A DNA stretch of 64,000 nucleotides, taken from positions 67,701 through 131,700 of IMG/VR virus record IMGVR_UViG_3300017991_000004. One strand, written 5' to 3'. Position 1 is the first letter of the stretch, and each line of letters opens with the position of its first letter. The position numbers and the translations under genes were made by a program. The notes under the pieces were generated by a model. The model had not been told where the DNA came from and did no database searches. It worked only from the letters and a program-made list of their open reading frames with translations. This DNA is from a virus. Positions 18,586 through 27,789 of the stretch are shown here, piece after piece.

Positions 18586-19066
18586 TGGGTAGTCCTAGAA
18601 CCAGGGAACGAATGATGGGGTCTACTGCCATCCTGAACTCGTCACTCGGCCGCTTGCCGTCCGACACCCAAGGCAAAGGGCCGTAGAAGAACAGTTGGGA
18701 GTATGTCTTTACCCACTCATGGACAAACAGCTCTATCGCGCGGTAGGTAGGCTGCTCTTTGTCTTCGATGCAGTAGACCGCGTAACCGAAAAAGTCGATA
18801 ACGCTCCGGTCTGCAAGCACAAAGGCCATGTCCCCTCGCAGGCACGCTCTGGTCTCGAGGAGCGCCTGCTGGAGAATGATGTTCGCCTGCGCGGTCGCGT
18901 CATAGTCGAGCAGCACAGGGTCAAAGTACCGCTTGCGGTCTAGAGAAACAAGCGCCTCGACCTGGCACCCCCGCTTGCGGAGGTCGCCTGTTATGGAGTA
19001 GAGGGCAGTTGTCTTCCCTGAGCAACTCGTCCCCACGACAGCGTACTTGCGAGCCGGTATGTTCAC
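18491..19066 (-). CDS. P-loop nucleoside/nucleotide kinase (NadR/AAA_28-like)
   Basis: GTSCSGKTT Walker A; ADRSVID; DGKR. Confidence 0.75.
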   Translation of the reverse strand: MNIPARKYAVVGTSCSGKTTALYSITGDLRKRGCQVEALVSLDRKRYFDPVLLDYDATAQANIILQQALLETRACLRGDMAFVLADRSVIDFFGYAVYCIEDKEQPTYRAIELFVHEWVKTYSQLFFYGPLPWVSDGKRPSDEFRMAVDPIIRSLVLGLPNVTEVPDGVDREEFVTEYIWKREKGAVQRRG

Positions 19067-19207
19067 CTAAAACTCCTCCTCCCAGAACCGGTCGAGGTAG
19101 CGTTCGAGGATTGCGGCATCGCACTCTGTTCCCTCGCCGTCGTCCGTTATGTAAATCCAGAGGCGGCCGGAGGGTAGTTCCTCGACAGTGTATTTGCCTA
19201 CCCGCAT

Positions 19208-19678
19208 CTACTCCCCCGGCCCGTATGTTGCGTGCCACACTTCGAGGTCGTGTACCACTGACGCCTGTGCAGTCAGTTCACCTTTTAGAGTTGCGACCTG
19301 GCGCTCTAGTTCGGAGAGGCGAGCGATTAGCGAGGAATCACTCACGGCATCACGCACTACTTGGGCACCGTTCTCGGCATCCTCCCAAACCGCTACCTCG
19401 ACCATCTCCGGGAAGGCTTCCAGCAGTTCCCCGCACATCATTTCGCAACTGGTAGCCCCCAGGTCTGCCCGGTCAAAATGGTTGCGAAGATAGTCGGTAA
19501 CTGCCCGCTTGAACTGGATGAACTCGATGTCGCGGTCATCGTGGTTTACAGCGGCTTTCGCCTTCACATGGAAGATGTGCCGGTGCTTGTCGCGCAAGAA
19601 GGCGACATCATCGTGAGGACATCCTGGCCAGTGATGGATGGCTTCGAACTGAGTCTTGATAAGGATGAATGTTTGCAT
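19208..19678 (-). CDS. QueD-like T-fold protein with LxxxHRHxF motif (DpdL-like candidate CDG decarboxylase)
   Basis: HHWP...FLRDKHRHIF...HDDRDIEF...SCEM...EDAENGA; AGGAG RBS before ATG19678. Confidence 0.7.
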   Translation of the reverse strand: MQTFILIKTQFEAIHHWPGCPHDDVAFLRDKHRHIFHVKAKAAVNHDDRDIEFIQFKRAVTDYLRNHFDRADLGATSCEMMCGELLEAFPEMVEVAVWEDAENGAQVVRDAVSDSSLIARLSELERQVATLKGELTAQASVVHDLEVWHATYGPGE

Positions 19679-19686
19679 GGCTTCTC

Positions 19687-20262
19687 CTAGTATCTGCACA
19701 GACGATGAAACTCTTCCTTCACATCCTTCTCGGTGAAGCATCCGCGTAAAGCGGAGGTGACCATCACTGAGTTTTGCTTCTCTACTCCTCGCGAAGTCAT
19801 GCAGAAGTGTTGGGCCTCTACTATGACGCCCACTCCGCGTGGAGAGAGGTTGTCGTTCAGCGCGTCGGCGATTTGCTGAGTCATCTTCTCTTGAATCTGA
19901 AGCCTTCTGGCGAAGCACTCGACCAGGCGAGCCAGCTTGGAGATACCTACCACCCGCGTACCCGGAACGTACCCGACGTGCGCCTTACCGAAGAAGGGCA
20001 GGAGATGGTGCTCACAGGTCGAGTACATTTCGATGTCTCGCAGGAGCACCATTTGGTCGTAGTTCTCCGTCTCCTCGAAGACTGTGCAGAGCACATCCTT
20101 CGGGTTTTGCTTGTATCCGCCGTAGAGCTTGTCCCAACTGCGGACAACCCGGTCAGGAGTACCCACCAACCCTTCGCGTTCAGGGTCGTCTCCGATGTGT
20201 TGCAGCAGTAGCCCTATCAGGGTATGTCGAGAATCTTGTGCCCTTGCAGACTGAGTCGCCAT
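19687..20262 (-). CDS. folE: GTP cyclohydrolase I
   Basis: REGL..TP.RV, STCEHHLLPF, GISKLAR, RLQIQE, HFCM..RG. Confidence 0.97.
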   Translation of the reverse strand: MATQSARAQDSRHTLIGLLLQHIGDDPEREGLVGTPDRVVRSWDKLYGGYKQNPKDVLCTVFEETENYDQMVLLRDIEMYSTCEHHLLPFFGKAHVGYVPGTRVVGISKLARLVECFARRLQIQEKMTQQIADALNDNLSPRGVGVIVEAQHFCMTSRGVEKQNSVMVTSALRGCFTEKDVKEEFHRLCRY

Positions 20263-20873
20263 TTGGGGTTCTCCTTTACAAACTGAACTGCCCTGTTCAT
20301 CACAGGAAGGTTAATAGTCAGGGAAGTCGAATATCCGTGAGGACTGGCTTCCCAACAAGGTTGAATGAACAGCCGACCGGGGGGCCAGTCATCCGCGATG
20401 TCTTCAGCCATCGGGATAAGGCTCAAGTTTTCCTCGGTCAGCACGATTTTTATTTCGTGGATACGGTACGGGTCAGTCAGCGTCCACGGTTCGGCGCCGA
20501 CAAACGTTTTGGGGGAAACAGTTATCCAGTCTACCCAGCTCCAGGGCAGGTCTTCCGGCAAGTTGATGGTGCCGTTGGTTTCGATGTGAATTTGGTAGCC
20601 CTGTTCCCGAAGAACCGGTACAAGTTCTTCGAGGTCGAAGAGTTGCCACAGTGGTTCACCCCCTGTGATGACAACTCTCTTCGCGGGGAACCTGCGCATC
20701 TGGGCAAGGACTTCGCCAGGAGTCAATTGCGCGACGATACTGTGATAGTCAGTGTCGCAAAATTCACAGTTTTGATTGCACCCGGACAGGCGTATGAACA
20801 CCGCAGGTGTCCCCGCCCAGGTTCCCTCCATCTGAAGGGAATAGAAAATGGGCTCGGCAAGGTCTAGCGCCAT
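20217..20873 (-). CDS. queE: 7-carboxy-7-deazaguanine synthase
   Basis: SLQMEG, CNQNCEFCDT, ITGGEP, IETNGT, TVSPK, LSLQGHK. Confidence 0.93.
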   Translation of the reverse strand: MALDLAEPIFYSLQMEGTWAGTPAVFIRLSGCNQNCEFCDTDYHSIVAQLTPGEVLAQMRRFPAKRVVITGGEPLWQLFDLEELVPVLREQGYQIHIETNGTINLPEDLPWSWVDWITVSPKTFVGAEPWTLTDPYRIHEIKIVLTEENLSLIPMAEDIADDWPPGRLFIQPCWEASPHGYSTSLTINLPVMNRAVQFVKENPKWRLSLQGHKILDIP

Positions 20874-20876
20874 GAT

Positions 20877-21041
20877 TTACTCCTTCGTTTTAGGTCTGCC
20901 TTGCGACTTCGTCACATCAACCGCAATCTGGATGACCAGCACAAAGACAATCAGCATCCACATCACGTTGAAGTCCCAGTCCCATCCCTCTACTGGGCAA
21001 TACTCCAGGACCAGACAGACAAGAAAAACTACATATCCCAT
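20877..21041 (-). CDS. small two-helix membrane protein (54 aa)
   Basis: GGAGG RBS; MGYVVFLVCLVL...MWMLIVFVLVIQIAV, read manually. Confidence 0.5.
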   Translation of the reverse strand: MGYVVFLVCLVLEYCPVEGWDWDFNVMWMLIVFVLVIQIAVDVTKSQGRPKTKE

Positions 21042-21051
21042 GACAACCTCC

Positions 21052-21069
21052 TCTGCTGGTACCAGCAGA
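21052..21069. repeat. 18-bp palindrome copy (exact), abuts the queD stop
   Basis: direct reading. Confidence 0.95.
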
Positions 21070-21438
21070 CTATCGAGAGTCGTGTCGCACGATAACCATG
21101 CTCCCCGGCGACTCGTTCAGATGCACCTCGACCGCATAGGGCACCTTGTCGAGCAACCACGCGCCGAGCAGTTCGGCAGTGGGGCGGTCAGTCTGAAGCA
21201 CCTCGTTCAGGTAGCAGTGGTCGAGGGCGTTGATGATTTTCTTGATGTCGCCGAAGTCGACCAGCATCCCATCCTTGAGCAGGTTGGCAGGTCCCCGGCA
21301 GACCACCTTACCGAACCAGGTATGGCCGTGCAGATTCGCGCACTTGCCAGGATGACCTTCGAGGCAGTGGGCAGAGTCGAACTTGAACTCCTTTACCAGG
21401 GTGAACACCTTGCCGGCGATGACTTCGTCAGGCTTCAT
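21070..21438 (-). CDS. queD: 6-carboxy-5,6,7,8-tetrahydropterin synthase
   Basis: FDSAH.L...GKCANLHGHTW, DFGDIK, LDHCYLNE, PTAE. Confidence 0.95.
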   Translation of the reverse strand: MKPDEVIAGKVFTLVKEFKFDSAHCLEGHPGKCANLHGHTWFGKVVCRGPANLLKDGMLVDFGDIKKIINALDHCYLNEVLQTDRPTAELLGAWLLDKVPYAVEVHLNESPGSMVIVRHDSR

Positions 21439-21446
21439 GGTACCTC

Positions 21447-22028
21447 CTATAGCCCTCGCGGGATAAGTTTGCCGAAAGCGAATGAATCCATGACGCTCTC
21501 GATGTAGACCTCGTACCCTTCATCCAGGAAGAAGACACCTTCCTGGGTATGCTGGTCGTTGATTTTGATAAGAGCGTCATCCAGCATATTACGGATGAAC
21601 ACGATAAGGCCCGAGACCTTGTGCCCTAGGCGCGTCACAGGAATCCAGCCCGAGCCGTTATGCTCCCACTCGCTATCTTTGCGAGTGTACGGTTCCACTT
21701 TGATGAAGTGGGAGGCGTCGGACTTCCGCTTGTTCTTCAGAACAACGATTCGCCGCAGATGGTCACCCTTGTGCAGCGGGCCGATACGGATACCCGTCAC
21801 AATGGTCTTGCCTTTGTCCGTGCTGCACAGGAAGTCCAGCACAGCGTGTTGTTTCAAGTCATTGTACGCGACGTAAGACGTAACCAGGTTGGAGTCGTCC
21901 AGTACGCACACATAGACATTGAGAACGTTCTTGAACTTCTCCAGAACAATAGCCTCATTTCCCTGCACGGAAATAAGGCGAGAACTGCCCTGGAGCACCT
22001 TGATGTTTTTGCCAATTAAGTCTTTCAT
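21447..22028 (-). CDS. hypothetical protein
   Basis: 193-aa ORF, GGAGG RBS. Confidence 0.65.
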   Translation of the reverse strand: MKDLIGKNIKVLQGSSRLISVQGNEAIVLEKFKNVLNVYVCVLDDSNLVTSYVAYNDLKQHAVLDFLCSTDKGKTIVTGIRIGPLHKGDHLRRIVVLKNKRKSDASHFIKVEPYTRKDSEWEHNGSGWIPVTRLGHKVSGLIVFIRNMLDDALIKINDQHTQEGVFFLDEGYEVYIESVMDSFAFGKLIPRGL

Positions 22029-23521
22029 GCACCGACCTCCTTCGGCGGAGTGATGCCCAGGTGGGCTTCCACAACACCCTTTAGGAGTGGCAGTATCTTG
22101 TCGGTTTCCTTTTTCGTTACCTTCAGTAACAACTTCGAGGCTGTAACGTCTTCTTCCGCGGTAAGGCCCTTCCGAACCTCGAGATTCCCTTCGAAGTCTA
22201 CCACGAAGTAGAATCGTAAAGGTTGAGAGTGGCCCTTGAGGCGGAACCGAAACGCTTGCCCATCCTCCAGAAAAGAACCGAGCGTGTACCCTTTGCCGAT
22301 TACATACTCGGACATCTTCTCGTAGACAGAATGCAGAATACTTTTGTAGTGCAGGAAGGCTTGGTAGGTGGGGGACTCAACCAGACTCTTTTTGAACTTC
22401 TTGAACGTCTTTCCCACCTTGCCTGTACTCTTCTTTATACCTTGCATCGCCTTAGACAGGTTAAAGCCTTGAGTCGCTTTGAGTCTAACTAGGAACTCTT
22501 CATGTGAGTAAATCTTCATGTTAAGCTCCTTGGCATACTTGCCAAAGACCTTCTGTACTTTCCACTGGGGTGACTTCAAGACAACGGACTTGAAGTAACG
22601 GCCGGGCGCCTCAACTATGACAGCCGTAACCTGCTTACCGTCTTCCTCCAACACGACTGCTTGCCCCGGAGGCAGCGGTGTATCCTTCTGTACCAACGTC
22701 TTGGGTGAAAAGTCTGTACCCATTTGAAAGCCGACGTACTGTACCATTCCTTGTAACTGCGGCGAAGCCAAGCCTAGCAAAGACACTGGGCTGTGGGCAG
22801 CCCATTTGTAGTCAAGCCACTGCTGTATCCATGAATAGGCAGACCCTCCCGCCCATATCTTGTTCTTGTTGAACACGATGTTCGTGTTGTGATGCAAAGC
22901 AAAAGCGGTGTCGATAAGGTGAACAATTTCAGTAAGGTCTATGGCATGCCACAGCGCCAAGAGCGTCTGAGCAATTCGCTGCCAAGCCTTGCCGCCGAAT
23001 GCCCCTCCCCACTTGACTTTGCCTGGGTCAAAGGCTTTGCAACAGACCTCGATAAGACTGAGCCCGTGCTGTAGCTCGGCGCTTTTGCCTGCCAGGTAGG
23101 ACCCCTTCCTCTTTTTCGAGTTACTCGCGTTAATGTGCATGACGTACGCGAGGTCATCGTTGAACTCAGGGTCTTTTGACTGAGGAAGAGTTGGGCTGGA
23201 CTTTAACGACTTCCACTTCGAGTACCACAGGGAACCTATGTCCCCGAAGTGCGACTGAAACCAATGGGGCCAAGGGCCGCCATAAGGCTTGGCAGTGTTG
23301 TCGTCGATGTGGCGCAGTTCACAGGCTATGCAGAACTCAATGTCACGGATAAGAGTCCGCTTCCATGAGTTGATAGTCGCCAGCCGATGCTGCTGGAGGA
23401 TGGGTGAGGAATTGAACTGAGAAGGGATGCCCTGACTGAGGATGTAGAAGTCTATCAGGGCAGGCTTGAGGTCTGCGGCTGCGAAAGTTCCATTAGGCAT
23501 TGAAAACTCTCCATCGGGCAA
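22025..23521 (-). CDS. hypothetical phage protein (W..AFGGKAW..IA...D....L.HN....FNK motif)
   Basis: about 498-aa ORF; start uncertain. Confidence 0.7.
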   Translation of the reverse strand: MPDGEFSMPNGTFAAADLKPALIDFYILSQGIPSQFNSSPILQQHRLATINSWKRTLIRDIEFCIACELRHIDDNTAKPYGGPWPHWFQSHFGDIGSLWYSKWKSLKSSPTLPQSKDPEFNDDLAYVMHINASNSKKRKGSYLAGKSAELQHGLSLIEVCCKAFDPGKVKWGGAFGGKAWQRIAQTLLALWHAIDLTEIVHLIDTAFALHHNTNIVFNKNKIWAGGSAYSWIQQWLDYKWAAHSPVSLLGLASPQLQGMVQYVGFQMGTDFSPKTLVQKDTPLPPGQAVVLEEDGKQVTAVIVEAPGRYFKSVVLKSPQWKVQKVFGKYAKELNMKIYSHEEFLVRLKATQGFNLSKAMQGIKKSTGKVGKTFKKFKKSLVESPTYQAFLHYKSILHSVYEKMSEYVIGKGYTLGSFLEDGQAFRFRLKGHSQPLRFYFVVDFEGNLEVRKGLTAEEDVTASKLLLKVTKKETDKILPLLKGVVEAHLGITPPKEVGA

Positions 23522-23542
23522 TAGGCATCAGGGACTAGGTAA

Positions 23543-24577
23543 CTAGCCTTTAATCATCTCCATCATTTTATCAGAAACTCTGGCAAAGGGAAGGGTTCCC
23601 GGAGCCAAGAAAACTGAGGTAACTTCGTCGTCTATCCCCTCAAAGACAAGCAAAGAGTCGCGCACCCTTACAGGCAGATTCCACGCTTGTTGCGAAAGCG
23701 TCACAAGGTTGGACTCGCCGAACAAGGCGACCAACCTACGTCTCCGAATACCCGTAGGTGTCAGCCGGAGCAGACGCCCGGCGTGGACCTCGCTGATTTT
23801 CTTGGATAGAAAATAACTGTCCGCCTTTGCTGCCAGGTAATCAGGCTCGACGCTTTCATGGACGCGCTGTTGTAGCAAGTCATCCCCAGACCAGACCGCA
23901 GCGGCAATTACACGCTCCACGCCCCATTCTTCCAATACGTTCTGCAAGTAAAATAGCCGGTCATCGTCGGCGTAGCAGGACTCCAGCAGCACTGTACCAG
24001 GCATTACTGCGCGGAGACGATAATCGTTGAAGGCTTCGAGAAGGTACACAGCTCCGCAGGCTTCGAGTTTCTCGCGCACCGTGTAAAGGGCAAGACCTTT
24101 CAAAGGTTGACGCAGAGTGACATGCACTTCAACCATTTGGTTCGGACTGGTTTCAAAGGTAGGAAGCACCTGGGACTCAAAAGCCTCAATCACCTCCTTG
24201 TCCAAATGGATACGCCAGGAGAACGTGCATAGCCAACCATCAGCGGCCTCGTTGCAGGTAGGCGGGTCAACTACTGCCCGCGCTCCAAAGCGGCTCAGGA
24301 TGGCTGACATTGTTCGGTCGGCTTCTTCCTTCGTCATTTCCTTCTGAGTTCGAATCGCCGTATCGACAATAAACGAATAAGTAGGCAACCCGCCGTCTGT
24401 CTTCTCGGGGTGCCGGTAGTAGGCGACCGAGTTGCTGTAGTGTTCGGGTGTCTTGGTTGCGAAGACGTAGTTGAACACATTCCGAAGGACTGTGATTTGT
24501 CCGTTGGCAATCTGTTCGATAATGGTAGGAATCGTCCGCGCCTGCGGAGGGCTGCCTAGGTCTTTGTGAAGGTCCAT
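23543..24577 (-). CDS. hypothetical protein
   Basis: GAGG RBS before ATG24577. Confidence 0.65.
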   Translation of the reverse strand: MDLHKDLGSPPQARTIPTIIEQIANGQITVLRNVFNYVFATKTPEHYSNSVAYYRHPEKTDGGLPTYSFIVDTAIRTQKEMTKEEADRTMSAILSRFGARAVVDPPTCNEAADGWLCTFSWRIHLDKEVIEAFESQVLPTFETSPNQMVEVHVTLRQPLKGLALYTVREKLEACGAVYLLEAFNDYRLRAVMPGTVLLESCYADDDRLFYLQNVLEEWGVERVIAAAVWSGDDLLQQRVHESVEPDYLAAKADSYFLSKKISEVHAGRLLRLTPTGIRRRRLVALFGESNLVTLSQQAWNLPVRVRDSLLVFEGIDDEVTSVFLAPGTLPFARVSDKMMEMIKG

Positions 24578-24579
24578 TG

Positions 24580-24873
24580 TTAACCTCTCTTTGTCCAGTC
24601 GATGCAGCACAGGTGCCACTGCTGGTTGAAGTCCCATGTCATAGAAACAAAATGGGTGCCAGGGTCTAGCACAATAATCACCCTACCTTGGCTATCCTCA
24701 ATTCGCACCTGTTCGGTTCCCACAACCACAAAGTGCCGAGTAGCGTGCTGGCGGATTACCTTGTCCGCCAGCATTCGATGGATGGGCGCTAGGAAAGCGT
24801 TTGCCCGGTCAGGTGTTCTTTCAAACCCTCCCGGCACCGAAACAGAATCAGGGACGTTGTGCTTCTCGGTCAT
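24580..24873 (-). CDS. hypothetical protein
   Basis: AAGGAG RBS. Confidence 0.6.
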   Translation of the reverse strand: MTEKHNVPDSVSVPGGFERTPDRANAFLAPIHRMLADKVIRQHATRHFVVVGTEQVRIEDSQGRVIIVLDPGTHFVSMTWDFNQQWHLCCIDWTKRG

Positions 24874-25064
24874 TCGTCGTTCTCCTTGTCTGCTGGTACC
24901 AGCAGATGTTTAGTCATGCCCAAGGCGTCAACTACCTTGTGGCTGAAGAACTGGAAGTGTGCTTCATCCGCTTTCCGTTTTGAAGCGGTAAGCGGCAGGC
25001 GCTTACACTTCTTTACCGGGCGCAAAGGTACTTTCTTAAGTACCCTGAGTTTCTTCGACTTCAT
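24870..25064 (-). CDS. small basic hypothetical protein
   Basis: ORF coupled on both sides; C-terminus includes the palindrome (LLVPAD). Confidence 0.45.
   Translation of the reverse strand: MKSKKLRVLKKVPLRPVKKCKRLPLTASKRKADEAHFQFFSHKVVDALGMTKHLLVPADKENDE
24889..24906. repeat. 18-bp palindrome copy (exact)
   Basis: immediately 5' of the RBS of gene 24873. Confidence 0.95.
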
Positions 25065-25250
25065 CTACTCTAATCCCTTCGACCATGGCGATAAACTGAC
25101 GACCGTAGATACGCAGGTCGCCTACCTGCTCCTGCGTCCGGGTATGGTAAGTAATCCAGCGGTCGTCACCCAAGTGACATCGCCGCTGACATTTTATCAC
25201 GCCCTGTGTCTCGTTCACAATGGCCCGTAACTTCTTGCCTGACAAAATGG

Positions 25251-27080
25251 TCATGACGACCTCACCAGTGACAGCACCGCCTTGGCGATATTCGCCTGGG
25301 TGCATGACACATAATGGAACCCTATAGAGTTGACCAGCGCAATCGACTCCGGGTCACCAGCATGGTTTCCGCAGATACCAAACTGCACTTCTGGATTTGT
25401 TTCCAACGCCGTCATTACGCTTAATGTAATCAACCGACCGACCCCTCTGGCGTCTAGCGACTCAAACGGGTTGTATTCTAGCACACCCAATTGCGCGTAA
25501 TTGGGCAGGTAAGTCGCGTCGTCTCGGGAGAAGGCAAAGGTGAACTGGGTTAAGTCGTTCGTGCCGTAAGACAGAAACTCGCAGTATGGCGCGACTTCGC
25601 CTGCTATCAGGCAGGCGCGAGGAGTTTCTATCATCACACCGAACTTCAGCTCCGCAGGGTCCTCACCGCAAGTCGCCCACACCCGCTCGACCAAATCGCG
25701 CAGAACGATAACCTCTCCGACCTCAGAAACAAGGGGCACCATGATGCCAACCTGGCACTCCTTTCCTGCGGCGATGTAGGCTTCCGCAATCGCTTGCACC
25801 TGCATGGCGTAGAAGTCAGAGAACAGAATCCCAAAGCGGCAACCCCTCAGCCCCATCATGGGATTCTCCTCCTCGAAGCCGGCACCAAATTCATTCAGGG
25901 GAGCGTCGAGTAATCGAATGCAGATGTAGCTGGAACCCACCGCCTCAAAGGCAGCCTTGAACAATCCCTTCGACACCTTGAGGAGTTTCGCAAGAACCTC
26001 CCTCCGGGTATGGTGCTCGTTCTTTAGAGCAGCCTTCATGTACGCAGACAGCAGAACTGTTTGGTCCTGAAACATATGCTCCGTTCGGAACAACCCGATG
26101 CCCATAGCACCAGCATCCAGCGCGGCTGTAATGGCTGACGCCGATTCTGCATTAGCGTAGACTTCCAATTCTACAAAGTCATGGGCATAGTTGAGGATTG
26201 TCCCTACCTGCTCTGACCAGGCACCTTCATCAGATTTAATCTTCAGTCCAGCCAGGTACACCTTGCCGCTGTAAGCGTCTACTGAGACGGCATCCGTATG
26301 ACTGTTGATGGCGAAAATATCCTTCTCCGACAGGCCAACTACACAGGGGATTCCTTCGCTGGCTGCAAGGAGCGCGGCGTGGCTCAACAGACCTCCGCCT
26401 GTAAGGATAACCTTTGCCTTCTTCATGTCGCCTACGTCTGCGGGCGTAGTCAACATAGCCGCGAACCGGTCATGGGCTTCGGCGACCACCAATCCTGGGT
26501 GCGCGGGTGACCCCGTACACAGGGGCTTGTACTTTTTCGGAATAATGAAGTGCTCCTGTTGCAGATTGCCAAGCTCCAGTGGAAGGCTTTTGAGTATCTT
26601 CAGGCGGTGAATCCGATTGGCGAAGTTGAGCAGTTCGCCATAGGCTTTGACCTTCGCCTTCAATGGAAGCTCCAGCGGTTCTTTGTGACAGAGGAATATG
26701 CTCCCCTTCTCCCGCTTTGCGAACACAACCTTCAACGGATAACCGGAATGATGCTCCATGCTCGACACCAGTTCTTGCATTTTGTTCGACATGGGCACCA
26801 CTACTGGCGTACCGTCTCCTAACCGCGACTTGAGGATGTCCGTCTCAACGTCCCCTTCTGCCGTGCGAGAGTTTGTCTGCAAGATGCTAGTAGTGTCAGA
26901 GGGCATCTTGTAGATAGCCTCGCCCGCCGCGACAATGCCTGCGACAACGGGGAGGTCTTTTGCTCTGGAGAGGCGAAAGGTTTTGATGGAAGAGAAGTCT
27001 TCGTAGAGGATGATGTCTTCTGACTTCTCCTCGAACTTTTTCTCCAGAGTTGTGCGCGTCAATTTCAACGGCTTAGTCAT
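25251..27080 (-). CDS. PPDK-like PEP-utilising protein (phospho-His domain plus PEP/pyruvate barrel; no ATP-grasp domain)
   Basis: GGLLSHAA, GIGLFRTEHMF, EENPMMGLRGCR, MIETPRA, SYGTNDLTQF, GICGNHAGDP. Confidence 0.85.
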   Translation of the reverse strand: MTKPLKLTRTTLEKKFEEKSEDIILYEDFSSIKTFRLSRAKDLPVVAGIVAAGEAIYKMPSDTTSILQTNSRTAEGDVETDILKSRLGDGTPVVVPMSNKMQELVSSMEHHSGYPLKVVFAKREKGSIFLCHKEPLELPLKAKVKAYGELLNFANRIHRLKILKSLPLELGNLQQEHFIIPKKYKPLCTGSPAHPGLVVAEAHDRFAAMLTTPADVGDMKKAKVILTGGGLLSHAALLAASEGIPCVVGLSEKDIFAINSHTDAVSVDAYSGKVYLAGLKIKSDEGAWSEQVGTILNYAHDFVELEVYANAESASAITAALDAGAMGIGLFRTEHMFQDQTVLLSAYMKAALKNEHHTRREVLAKLLKVSKGLFKAAFEAVGSSYICIRLLDAPLNEFGAGFEEENPMMGLRGCRFGILFSDFYAMQVQAIAEAYIAAGKECQVGIMVPLVSEVGEVIVLRDLVERVWATCGEDPAELKFGVMIETPRACLIAGEVAPYCEFLSYGTNDLTQFTFAFSRDDATYLPNYAQLGVLEYNPFESLDARGVGRLITLSVMTALETNPEVQFGICGNHAGDPESIALVNSIGFHYVSCTQANIAKAVLSLVRSS

Positions 27081-27095
27081 GACAGCACCTCCACT

Positions 27096-27113
27096 ACTGC
27101 TGGTACCAGCAGA
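27096..27113. repeat. 18-bp palindrome copy (17/18), between a stop codon and the PPDK-like gene RBS
   Basis: ACTGCTGGTACCAGCAGA. Confidence 0.9.
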
Positions 27114-27623
27114 CTAGATAAAGGAAGCCATTCCGTTGACCTCGACGACCTGGGTGAGCTTGAACGACTTGTTAGCCGTCGCTTTGGCGCACGGGTAGAG
27201 ATGGATGACGCCGTTGCGAACGGTCAGCGCCCAGCGGTGGTTCGGATTGCACACCAGGTACTTGAGCGAGTGGCCCGGCGACACCGTCATGAACTCTCCC
27301 TCTTCGATAGAGGCGAAAGCCGCACCCGGTGCGTCAGTGTTGGGCGAAGCGGGAGACCCTTGCGTAATGTCCGCAGGCAGGTAGTCCCCTGTCTCCTTGT
27401 TGAGGTCCGCTTCCTTCTGAAGGTCCTTGAGAAACTGGACATTCGAGGTAACGGTTCGGATTCCTCTGAATCCATTGTCGCCCAGTGTTGTCCGGATAAG
27501 CCGGAGCTTGTTGGGCACTAGGTAAATGAGCCCGCCCTCCGCGACAGTTGCGAGAACCTTGGCAGATGTAACGACGACGATACCTCCGATGGATGCGTTC
27601 ATGACCTTTCCTCCAACTGGCAT
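27114..27623 (-). CDS. hypothetical protein
   Basis: ORF; start uncertain. Confidence 0.6.
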   Translation of the reverse strand: MPVGGKVMNASIGGIVVVTSAKVLATVAEGGLIYLVPNKLRLIRTTLGDNGFRGIRTVTSNVQFLKDLQKEADLNKETGDYLPADITQGSPASPNTDAPGAAFASIEEGEFMTVSPGHSLKYLVCNPNHRWALTVRNGVIHLYPCAKATANKSFKLTQVVEVNGMASFI

Positions 27624-27743
27624 TTGAAAATAAACGCCGCCAATGAACCGACGGCGCAAACCTAAAACCGATTACTAATTATCATTATTATATATGGCTT
27701 GCCTCGAATATCTAGCCTAGCCGCGCAGGAATCTGAAACCAAT

Positions 27744-27778
27744 AAAAAAGCCCCGACGACTGCTCGCCGGGGCCTTTT
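27744..27778 (-). terminator. intrinsic terminator after parB
   Basis: GCCCCG..CGGGGC stem flanked by an A6 run and a T-run. Confidence 0.7.
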
Positions 27779-27789
27779 GCAGGCAGCGC

